Assembly: GCF_963676685.1 (NCBI RefSeq)
Contig: NC_092355.1
Span: forward strand, 17,360,001-17,424,000
Source of the DNA: Mytilus edulis
Lineage: Eukaryota
Reading direction: 5' to 3'
Length of the DNA: 64,000 bases
The position numbers were made by a program, and so were the translations under genes. Position 1 is the stretch's first letter. Every line of letters starts with the position of its first letter. The notes below the pieces were generated by a model. That model saw only the letters and a program-made list of their open reading frames with translations, did no database searches and had not been told where the DNA came from. Below, one piece after another: positions 1-11,005 of the stretch.

Positions 1-464
1 ATGCATTATAAAATATTTTCATCGGGACCTACTTGACTTAATTTATCCTTTCCTCATAAACGTGTTATACGATACGCCGATACGGATACACCAACAAATA
101 CTTGATTAATGCAGACGCGGATACGTCAACGTATACGATACGGTTGATACGTTTGTAAAAGACCGACCTCTAATACAGCGTATAACCGTTGATACTATTG
201 TTTGTTTAAAAAATTACAAGCAAACAAAGACCATTGTTGTAAGGACATTCATAATAAACTATATATTTAATCATACAAAATCTATAGAAAATGTATAACC
301 TAGTTAGATAACACGTTAGTCATAAAAACTATATGTACACACATACATGTATACACACACACATGGTAAGGCTAATTAATGCTGTGTATGTAACGTGTCA
401 ATCGATTTAAAAGGGTTTTATATTAAGTGTAACAAAATGATATTAAAACTTTACAGATTTACTT

Positions 465-610
465 GAAGATTATAATACCTTTATAATTGCCAATCAGTCG
501 TCTAAGGACATAAACAATGTCATAAGAACATGGTCACATGATAACTATATTGATTTCAGAACTACTTCCTGAACTTGATAAAGTTATAAAAGCGCGGGTA
601 TTTTAAAGAA
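465..610 (-). promoter_or_regulatory. Further copy of the promoter/exon-1 module (its gene presumably lies left of the window)
   Basis: tataatacct (donor on minus) at 471-480, GGTCACATGA, ACTTCCTG and AAAGTTATAAAAGCGCGGGTA in the same order as at 10870-11005. Confidence 0.5.
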
Positions 611-1159
611 TGAGTTTAGTGTTTGAAAACATTTAAGATTATACGATTATTACATCAGAAAGAGGCAAAACAAACCAGCATAAGATAATTATATTTTATT
701 TTTATTTCTATTAAAGTTATAATTTCCGCGATTCGTTGATTGTCTGTAAGTAATGTTATCAACTTGTTGTTCGTTTCATCGTATACAGAATGACGTAACA
801 AACAAAGAACACATTGATTTAACAAATCATTGACAAAAAAGGTAAGTATTTAATCTATACCGATATACAAAAGATATACTAAGTATTTAAATTTGCAGTT
901 CTTTTATATTCACTCCACATTTTGAATAGTAATGAAAGGTACGGTTACTCTTGTATAATTCAAATATGAAACGGAAAAAGTTTAACCTATTCAAGAGCTG
1001 AAGTACAAAAGATGAAATAATTTCACATATTTTGGAATCCGTTTATGACTACTTGTTTTAAAAAAGTTAAGTACTACATCAATGTTACAAATGTTCTGAT
1101 GACTTCCTCATATCACCTAGTACTTTTTTTTTTTTTTTTTTCGTGAAATGCAAGTTTTA

Positions 1160-1742
1160 AGGATTATGTACCCTTGTGTTGATTCAATGCTAAAAATATG
1201 GAAATTTTATAGAAAATCCACAGCATTTATCTTTGTACCCTCATATTTGGCAATTTCATGACTGATAGATATAAGATTATTGCATGCATTGCTAGTATTG
1301 ATTTCCTTAAAACGAGTTTATTAATGTAGCTATTGGTTAAAACAAATATAAACATGGACCAAATCAAGTACACCTTTTAGGGTGTACTCGACTTTAGTGA
1401 CTCAGCACGATGTTTTTTGGAATTTACAGGTTGCTTAGAAAAAAAACCCACTAGCACATCATAGAAAAGCAAGTGAGTAATCTATATTTCAAATTTTATA
1501 ACAAAAATCTCTGTATTAAAGGCTATGGATTTTCTATAAAAATATTGGTTTATTTGCCACAAAGTACTCTTTTTCTATTAAATGCAATGAAACAATAAAC
1601 AATAATGCTTTGCATCAAGTTTCCCTTTGGCATATGTGCAAAATGGCCTATCTCTATTATTCATTACATCTGTAGTTTTGATTCAATTGAAGTTTGAAAA
1701 ATTCGTACAAAAATGGCTATAGAAGGGGTCATAAACCTTAAA
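1160..1742 (+). repeat. Interspersed repeat; second copy in inverted orientation at ~14872-15466
   Basis: For example aaatggctatagaaggggtcataaaccttaaa (1711-1742) is close to the reverse complement of tttaaggtttatgaccccttctgtagccattt (14872-14903); similarity extends ~580 bp. Confidence 0.8.
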
Positions 1743-3011
1743 GAAATGTATTAAGACCCAATGTTTTAACCATTTTTCAACATGGATGCGCCCTATGTTA
1801 TGTTAATTCGTTGCAGTCTAAATACACTTTTTAGACGTAAAACGAACCGTAAGTGCATGAATATATAACATGACGTCACTGTCATACAATAAAGATACCA
1901 AAATTCCAATATTATTTTTATCAAATTGGCTGATAGTTTTTAAAATATGAAGCAAAGTATCTTGATTGTATCGTTTACTTTTTGTTGGGGAATATCCTAG
2001 ATTCAGGTTTTGTATTCAAAATTTGTATTTGGCGTACATTATGATTATGAAAATGACTTGCTTCTTTCATTTTGTAAACAACACCGTGATAAAATTTTCG
2101 ATAGATCTATACTGTATGAGGGTGAGAAACTGTTTGTGCCGAATACAAAAAGTTTATATTTTTTTATGAAATTGATCTTCTAATGTTTTTATACAGCTTT
2201 TAATGTATACATTGATAGTCTTATAAAATTATAACACACATTTCAAACTAATTTTCAACCCTGATTACGGAAAAGTGTTCCACGACGACATCGACATTGC
2301 ACATAAAAATGCAGAATAAATAAAATAAACACATTTTGTTGCAGCATACATCATCGTTTTTACTCATTCCAAGCTAATTACGTTGTTGTTTTCGCGTGAC
2401 AAAAATAACAAAATATTAATCAGTTCAATTTATTTTTAACAATATAAGAAAATGTTATTTTTTTGGTAATCGAATATAAAGTATAAAGTAGGTTGTTTAA
2501 AGGGGGCGTGACACGTAACAGCCCATTTTGTGCATTTTAATGCGTTTGTAAAAGTAGATATACTGTGATTATACTGGTTGACGAAAATAGGTATATTAGA
2601 ATTAAAATCATTTGTAACCCACATTTTCATAGGAAAATAATTCTTACTGAACGCATATAACAGTCATGCATGTTTTTTAATGGATTTTTTTTCGAATGTA
2701 AGGGTATATTGTACAACTATTTTATCATTTTAAACGTGATTTCAGACGTTGACACGATCAAACGGTTCAGACTACAACGTACATTGCTGTTATGTTCTTA
2801 TTACGGATAAATATGTTGCAGCTGATTTTGACTGACTGAGTTATAATATCATATTCTGTTAACTGTCTTCAAAATCAGTAGCTTTAAATAAGTACACTTG
2901 TAAAATAAAAGAACATAGAAAATGTTTCGACTCATGCAATGATCATAAGTGGTCGTACTGTGGTTTATTTGGCTTGGTATACATGATGGCGAGAGGGACT
3001 TTTACAAAACC

Positions 3012-3292
3012 AGTTATCATTGATACGGTAATATTTATAAATTAACTGTTTGCAAAATTTTGGTTAGAATTTTTGAAATACTAAGACTTTTCTACCTCAG
3101 GAATAGATACCTTAGCTTTTTTTTGCAAAACTTTGAGGAATTTTGGTCTTCAATGCTCTTCAAATTCGCACTTTATTTGTTTTGTTTTTTTACTTTGTGG
3201 AATTCGAGCGTCACTAATGAGTCTTTTGTAGACGAAACCCGCGTCTGGCGTAAATACAAATTTTAATCCTGGTATATATGATGAGTTTATTT
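3012..3292 (+). mobile_element. Retrozyme-family repeat fragment with mutated hammerhead (3208-3251)
   Basis: Same sequence family as 33880-34501; core reads CUAAUGA instead of CUGAUGA. Confidence 0.75.
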
Positions 3293-3734
3293 GCAAGGAT
3301 ATTTAACAATGAATAAACTATTTACTTTGAAAATTGACGGTAAAACGTTTACTTTAACTAAATAATTATATACGTATTCTTCATGACTAGAATGTGTATG
3401 TTTCTTGTTTATCTAGATCTGTTATCATTGTATACTTACAAAACACGACAACATTTGTAAATAATAAAAAAAAAGACAATGTATCAATATCCTAACAATA
3501 TTTTTAAGGATACTCTAAGGGAATAAAAAGTATGTTGCATAAGGGCAACTTTATACAAGGTGCACAGACCACGATAAATAATACGGTATCAAAAACGAAT
3601 CAAATTAGAGATGATGCGAGCTAGAAAACCATAATGATAACAAATAGTAATGTAAATATTTGATGAAAAGAAACAAGTGGAAAGCCTCTTCAACTTCGTA
3701 CTTTATTTGGCCTTTTTAATTTTTTTGGATTCGA

Positions 3735-3778
3735 GCGTCACTGATGAGTCTGTTGTAGACGAAACGCGCGTCTGGCGT
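3735..3778 (+). ncRNA. Minimal type I hammerhead ribozyme, intact core
   Basis: GCGUCA-CUGAUGA-GUCU(guugu)AGAC-GAAA-CGCGCG-UC-UGGCGU: stem I GCGUCA/UGGCGU, 4-bp stem II, short palindromic stem III (ACGCGCGU), GUC cleavage triplet at 3770-3772. Confidence 0.88.
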
Positions 3779-4376
3779 ATATACAAAATTTAGTCCTGGT
3801 ATCTATATATGATAAGCTTTATACATATTTAAAACAAAATTTGATACATGGTAACTCCAGGCAATACAAGTATACATCAAATACAATTGTCAATGAGGAA
3901 TACCACTAGATACTTTAATTTCCATAATGGATTAACGTATATAATCATAGAAAAACAATGGATGTTGTATTAACTCTTGTACATTGTTATACAAATATAT
4001 ACATCGTGTCAAACAATCAATACACAAGTGTTTTCTATAATAATAAAAATTAAGACAGCCGAATGTTGCCTTAGAATGAATTAAATAAATTTGTTAAATA
4101 TTATTGTTATTACATATAGCAAAATATAAGTCAACCAATCGTGAACATTTAAAAAAAAACCGTCACCACAAGAGCTAGAGGAAGGAATGAAGGCAAAATA
4201 GTCAGACGCTAACGACTTCCAACACCATTACGTTATTATAGCGCGGGGATTCGAATATGATATCACTGCAGCTGATACATGTTATACATCGGGAAAAGTT
4301 AATGTAAGAGACAATACACATTGTAAAACAATACTAATATGCATATACAATGATGATGCCTAGGTTTTTCTGACGT

Positions 4377-4973
4377 AGTCGGCATAGTTTCGGTTTATGC
4401 CCTTTGAACTTAAGGACGCTTAACTATGGCAACAGAAAACGCATGCTCGAAAATCCTTTCTGTGATTGGACAAAATGCTGTCATGGTGGGTGATTTGGGT
4501 GTGTTTGAAAAAAAACGTCTCGTTAATTATATCGTGATGGAAAGCAAGTAAATATTTGAACTATATCTTACAAAGATTTATATTTTTATTAAAATAATTG
4601 TTTCTCCAATAGCTCTTTGCATCCATGACAGCTGTTTATTCGGGACAATTATAATAATTTTTAATGTTTACTTTGTTGTACGAATGTACATGACTTTTAG
4701 AACGCATCTTGGCGATTGAGATTTCCGCGGGGTTTTGGTGAATGTAAACAGAAAGATACGAGAACCGAGAATACTGAACAAAAACAGAGAACACGTTATT
4801 TAAATGGTAAATCACTTATTTAAATATAATCGGAATATTCACAAAACAATTTTTAACGTTCTTTTGTTGGTAATTCATTGATTTTGAGATAGTTAGAACA
4901 TTCTTGTTCACAAGATGAAGGTAGTGAACGGGCGTTGCCACCAAGGACAAATTGTGTCAAACTATGCAGGTTA
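4377..4973. mobile_element. Candidate MITE
   Basis: Imperfect inverted ends GCATAGTTT (4382) / AAACTATGC (~4959-4967). Confidence 0.35.
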
Positions 4974-5860
4974 GTGCACTGCAATGTAGTTACATTCAGA
5001 TGGAGATTTAATTAAAGAGGTGCTGCATCATTAAGTCATTGTGCTTTTGAAGGTTATCGAAATTATAGTTTTAATCATATAGTCAAATTTAAATACGTCG
5101 GATATTTTTTTTTTAAGATAGTTCTTGTTTTCTATATTGTTACATCAGTTGAAACTATATGTTACATTTGAAACAACATTGAAGTTTTTACAATGCATTT
5201 CTGTAAAGAAATAAGTAAACATCCACTAAATAGTGCAGGAGTAGATATTCAGTTTCTTTGTGATAAAGTAGAATATTTTACCTTACAAGTTGGTAAATTC
5301 AAACTCATTAGTCAACAACAAAATGAATACTGTAGGGAAAGAACGACACGCGACGAAAAGACAAACAACATTTCATAAAAAACAACATGTATAATAAAGA
5401 TAGAACAAACACTAGGAGTGGTGTCAGATGCTCTGGACGTGATTGGTGTTGCTCAGTAAGTTTAATCCTGCTGATAAGTGAAATTTTGTGATAAGCATAG
5501 TTCGTTTTCATAGGGAAGCCGACAATGTGTATGGCTGGTGTATTCATTTATCGTTGTCGATATAATAACATTTTATGCAACTGTCAAACAACAGAGAGGT
5601 TTAGCTAGCTGTACAATTTAAAATATCTCAATACGTCATTGTAAATAGTTTAAGCATGTCACAAATTCAGGTTGCTCCGTTCTTTAACGCCAATTTAATA
5701 GTGCGTTTATTTATGAAAACGGCAAATATTTGCTTCCACCTAGAGCACTTCGTTCCAAGAGAATTGCCGTAATTGTCCTATAAGAATAGAAATAATTCGA
5801 GCCCCCATGAATAATGTCTTTAACAAAAAGGTTCTGAGTTTAAAGTTCACAGTAGTTATT

Positions 5861-7546
5861 TTAGGAAACATCAAATAGAAATGCAAATTTAGTTTCATTG
5901 GCAACTAAAAACTTGTTACTTGTTGGTTCGAAATGCATTGCACGCGGCTTACTAAGGCCATCACGAGAGGATAATATTGTCTTGCAACGCTTTCCATCAA
6001 GCGTAATGATGACAACGCTGTTTGTATCCATACTGGCCACATACACGTTTCCATTGTTGTCTACAGCTATACCCTGTGGATATCGCAGGTTTTTTGTATT
6101 CTTAAATGTCCATTTTAAATTTCCAAGGATATCATAGCATGTTACAGAATGGTTGTCTTTATTTGTATAATACATATTGTCACCATACACAGCAACATAC
6201 GAAAAAGATGGCATATCAAGGCAAACAAGTGTCTTTTCTGATTCACCATTCAATTGCACTTCCATTATCCCTTTACCTTCCTTACAGTATACCAGGGTAT
6301 TTTTCTTCAGTGCTATACCATATGGATTTGCACTAGTTTTTATAGATCTCTTTCTCGTTCTGTTGACGTTAATAATATGAATTGATTTTCCAGAATAACC
6401 AGTGGTAACGGCTATGGTATGTTCTCCTTCAATATACGCCATATCAAATGCGGCTGTATTTAGCGCGATGTCTAAATCGTGCGAACAGTTGTCTTTCAAC
6501 GCGATTGTTTTTATACCCTCATTATCAGAAAACAGCATCTGCCCATTTGGCAGAATTGCGCAACCCCTTACATTCCCAGAAGATTTCAAATTTATTTCCA
6601 TTTTGTTGCTTAGTACGATATCATCAATGCATTTGGAAATTACAATAGGTACCATCATCTGAGCTTGTTTGTTTTTGTAACTGTCAATAACAACTTTGAA
6701 CGACTTCGACTCAACACTAACGGACCCAAAACAATCAGCCCTGTCAATGTTTTGTACGTCTTTGTTAACCTCCAAAGCCAGTGTTTTTATCTTCATGTCC
6801 TCGTTCTTAAGGACGGACTGAATACATTCTGCTTTATCAGAAACCTCTTTTTCAATGTGCTTTAATGCTAAAAATGTTTGAAGTTCTGATGCATGTTGCC
6901 TTATGTTATTTTGGTTACCTTGGAGGTCAGAAATTCCCTTTTCAATGTCTTCAATCTCACACAACAACAGCTTTATTCTCTTACTTTCATTTTCTTCATT
7001 AGCATATAATTCTTTAATTGTTTTGTCATGTATTTTGTCTAAGTGGTCGTTGATCATTTTCCGGGTTTGGTTTATATCACGTTCAATCTCTACCCTCTGA
7101 TCCTGTAGACATTTTAAATTTTCTGTGCGATCGTTACGAATTCTTTGTACATTTTTCAACATTTGGACCAATGTTTGCTCTACCTCTAACCACGCATTCG
7201 ATGACTTGACATTTTTGACGATGTCCTCTATTGCTGTCAAATCATTACAATCATTGTGTGTCTCAATAACACACCTCCTACAACACGGGCAATCATGTTT
7301 CTTACAGAATATTTGATAGTGTTCTTTGTGTTTTTGACATGTTTGTGTTATCTCTAACACATTTGGTTGTAGCTTCTGATATTCTGTAATTGACATAGTG
7401 TCATGGTTCCTAGTTGATTTTGATGCACCATGGTGCTCTCTACACTCGCCACAAAGTCCCTCGTCACATTCTGAACACCACACTACTGATGCTTTGTTGA
7501 TGTTTCGGTAATTACATAAACCACAAACAGTCCAATTACTCGCCAT
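5861..7546 (-). CDS. RING-less TRIM-like protein, B-box1/B-box2/coiled coil/NHL beta-propeller (copy 1, A-type, 561 aa)
   Basis: Intact ORF. B-box1 CGLC-x12-CSEC-x4-CGEC-x3-H-x8-H; B-box2 CQKH-x7-CKKH-x4-CRRC-x4-H-x2-C; heptad-rich middle; NHL-like repeats (PYGIAL, YPQGIAVDNNGNVYVA, PRAMHF). True start is MASNW at 7546, preceded by the splice-acceptor-like TTGTTTTTTAG|A. Confidence 0.92.
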   Translation of the reverse strand: MASNWTVCGLCNYRNINKASVVWCSECDEGLCGECREHHGASKSTRNHDTMSITEYQKLQPNVLEITQTCQKHKEHYQIFCKKHDCPCCRRCVIETHNDCNDLTAIEDIVKNVKSSNAWLEVEQTLVQMLKNVQRIRNDRTENLKCLQDQRVEIERDINQTRKMINDHLDKIHDKTIKELYANEENESKRIKLLLCEIEDIEKGISDLQGNQNNIRQHASELQTFLALKHIEKEVSDKAECIQSVLKNEDMKIKTLALEVNKDVQNIDRADCFGSVSVESKSFKVVIDSYKNKQAQMMVPIVISKCIDDIVLSNKMEINLKSSGNVRGCAILPNGQMLFSDNEGIKTIALKDNCSHDLDIALNTAAFDMAYIEGEHTIAVTTGYSGKSIHIINVNRTRKRSIKTSANPYGIALKKNTLVYCKEGKGIMEVQLNGESEKTLVCLDMPSFSYVAVYGDNMYYTNKDNHSVTCYDILGNLKWTFKNTKNLRYPQGIAVDNNGNVYVASMDTNSVVIITLDGKRCKTILSSRDGLSKPRAMHFEPTSNKFLVANETKFAFLFDVS

Positions 7547-10500
7547 TCTAAAAAACAAATGAGTCTTGAATTTTACAAATGGGTGACACTGTAGTTGTAA
7601 CTTAACAAAATGTGAACATGATATATTTTTTTCATTTGGATGATTATGTTCGGCTTGTCATAGTTCACGGATTTCGATTGGATAATGATAGGTCGTTAAA
7701 AAAATATGCCACGGGTGTTGTTGTTACCCACTACCACGGGCCTTTTTTGTTTTGTCCAGTAGTTGTTATATGTGCAAACTTGATTTCGGTAGATTATCTA
7801 TGATGTTGTTGGTTTTTTTCATCAAATATGTAAACAACTAACGATATTATCAGTGTATACAATGTCGTTAATTAGTGGGACTACTGACCTAGTTATGCAA
7901 ATTACCCACGTTGATTTTCCGCTGTCTAAGACTATATTTAGATATATGTAGCGTTACCTTACATACGGTAAAAGAAATGTGGAATTGTAAAATTAATAAT
8001 AACATTTTTTGATAAATTATTTTTAAAAAGTTGCTTTTACTTAACACCTTTTTCCTTAATTCTTTTAGAAATATCACCCGATTCGGATATAAACCGGGAA
8101 CATTTTGTTATCTACGTTCATATTCGTGGATTACTCAATATATGTTATTGAGCATTTCCGTTATTGTCCCAATATTACCGACTTATTTGTTTGGGTTGTT
8201 TCCCTTCAGTCGACACTTATTGAAAATGTTATGCTAGTGTTAAGAGCGAAGGACGTGATTTATTTTTGCCAAATATATTGCCTTTTCTGTCATCATTTTA
8301 TAATAATAAAAAAATAAAAGGTTCTTAAATTGATCTATTCCGAAGACCCAAGTGCTAGGGAACAAATGATTGTTTTATAAGTGAACATCGACGGCTCCAT
8401 AACCCACAATTTTCATGTATAAGTATTGTCAAAACTGTGTGCTTTTAACGACATTTAATCTTAAGGAAATCTTAAGCTGCAATCTACGATCTATTATATC
8501 AAATAACCAAAAAGGAGTCAATAATTATAATAGATTCGTAGACACAGTTATTATCTGCTGCAGGGGTTGCAGCTAAAATGGATTACGCAAAACAAACTTT
8601 TGGTTATACATTGGTCCAAACTTTCAACACAAATAATGAATAATATTAATTCAGAAGTCATTATCAACTTATTTATGGCTCAGGTTGTTTGTCGGGTTTT
8701 GGCCCATTCATTATTATTTTTTCTTTTTTAAGCTCTTCTTTTGTTTAATAAGTTTTTGAAAAGAAATTAGGACCACATATTTTATTGCTCAAACTAGGTA
8801 GAATACTCGGCAAATGAACTGCTAGACCAGTAATCAATTACAATACTTATATGTTGTATTTTTTGGGTTTTTTTTTTTTTGGTTTTTTCATTTGTTCGAC
8901 ATGTTTAATAAGATATGGAACTTTCAAATATATAGCTTTGTTCATCACTGAAGAGGCATTTATGGTCAAAATGCGCATCTGTGCAGCGCAATTAGTACAG
9001 TTAAATGCCAACAAAGAGTTTATTTTGTATAAATACTCAAGTAGTAGATTATCTATGTCAAATATATAGTAATGAAACCCGATCAAAAAACGCATTAAAA
9101 TTGTAGGATCTATTTATTATCAGATTATCAAGACTGGTATAGCAACTCTAAATCTAAAATTAAAAATATTATCCGACAATGTCAAATAAATCTTGTTTGT
9201 GTATAAACAATATTAATATATAAATCAGTTTTTCTTATTCTTTATTAAAAGTTCAGTTTGAACAAGTTCTGGAATGATCGATTTTTTAAAATAAATAGAT
9301 CAAAACAATATGTTTTACACTTCAGGGTCTGGATATGGCTACGAATTATACATTGATGGGCGAAATAATGAAATAAAGAAAATATGGCTGAAAGAATAAA
9401 AATAACGACCATTAAGCACCCGCTTTCTAGAATATCATTCTAAAGAGGTCACAATGACATTTTTTTTTTAAGTTCCCTAATCTGACTACCTTTATCATTT
9501 ATAATTATATTCTGTTTATCTGAAAATGAATTAATTTAACTGTCCCTCTGGTATCTTTCGTCCCTCTGGTATCTTTCGTCCCTCTGGTATCGTTTGTCCC
9601 TCTTTTGCATCTCTCTTTGCACTCACACGTTCACAGTAATTGAATTGACCATCAAACTGCAAACTAAACCAGTTAAGATATTTTTACCAATCTTACAGGT
9701 TAAGTTCTAAATCTTTATAACTCACTACTTTTTTATTATAAAAGTAACGTTTCACATTCTTTAAAAAGGTGAAAGTTCATGAATAGTCAAAATTGGTCCT
9801 AAGATTTTGAATGTTTTTTTTTAATCAGGCCATGATAAAACAAACAGGATAAAGAAATTGTTAATATGATATTACAAAAAAAAACTTAAGTTTTACACAC
9901 CATTTTAAATATGACGATGTCTTGATTATTTCAACACTGTTGATTTTCAATAATTCTTAACCTTTTTTAGCATATTTTACTTTATCCGTCATCAAAAATC
10001 CAGAACGTTATTGTGTCTAGGGATTCAATCTCATCATTATTAGCAAATCTTTGTAACAGACCATTCGTATCCTAGGTAGAGCCAAAGAGATTCCCTAGGC
10101 TTTTAGGTCCGAAAATGCACACAATCATCGTATTTTGATTTTGTAGCTAAAAATGTACGCGTATCGAGGGATTTTTTTTTACAAGGAAGTAAATCATTTG
10201 AAATAGATCCATTGATAGATAACCAAATCTGGCCATTAGGACATTTTGTGATAAAGCTGAAGTTCAACGTTATGCATGGTTTGCATGGTAGATATTGTGT
10301 GTGTCTTAACTGAAATTAGTCTGAATAAACTATTACCATTCCAACTTAATAACAAACGAAAGCAGTGAGTGCTTTGGAGTTCGCTATTGTTTTGTTTTAC
10401 TTTTTGGTATGCAGTTGATATGACCGGTCTCTCTATTTTAGTACATAAAGGTTAATTTGATCATTATAAGACCGGACAGGTCTACCTTACAAAATATTAT

Positions 10501-10874
10501 TAATTTAAAATTGGTTGCATTTTCATATCAATGAGTTTCTCATATTAGTTTATAATGTTGAAGTGGTTGCATATCACTCTTTAAAAAGGACATTTAAAAA
10601 AAAGGGCGTGTGGGTACCCTTTGATTCTTTCTGAAGTGAAATAAATAATTATAGACAGTTGGTAAATATCATATTATCTAGCTATAGTACAGATTAGCTA
10701 TGGCAAATCTAGATCTCTGAACACATATATACAAGGTTAAATGTGTGTGTAATGTAGGCGTCATTCCATTTCGTATTAAATTTACATAACAAACTGGTAT
10801 GCTTTAGTAAATATGATGAAGACAGTCACATTTAACAATGGAATGATTAAAATGGATTATGTATAGATTATAAT

Positions 10875-11005
10875 ACCTGAAAAATCATGAAAAGACGTCA
10901 AAATGGTTACAAAAATAAAAACCGTCGCCACAACAAGGAAGGTTAATATGGTCACATGATAGCTACTTCCTGTAAACAATAAAGTTATAATGGCGCGGGT
11001 ATTTA
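10875..11005 (-). promoter_or_regulatory. Candidate promoter, non-coding exon 1 and splice donor for copy 1
   Basis: Block conserved upstream of copies 1-3: donor CAG|GTATTA (exon end 10877), GTCACATGA E-box (10951-10959), ACTTCCTG ETS core plus TGTAAACA forkhead-like site (10965-10978), GGCGCGGGTA. Implied intron 7548-10876. Confidence 0.55.

Noticed and set aside
62-200. GATACG-rich stretch (and GACT/AGTC-rich stretch at ~12215-12530)
   Set aside because: No regular period or defined ends; probably subterminal repeats of decayed transposons, not classifiable by eye.
5898-7316. Recurrent + strand ORFs overlapping each TRIM copy (MATKNLLL.., MLFWLPWR.., MRSLRIL..)
   Set aside because: Antisense shadows of the duplicated CDS, mostly with non-ATG starts; recurrence is explained by paralogy.
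5861-7546. Assigning a gene symbol such as TRIM71, TRIM2/3 or brat
   Set aside because: No RING or filamin domain and divergent NHL repeats; orthology cannot be supported.
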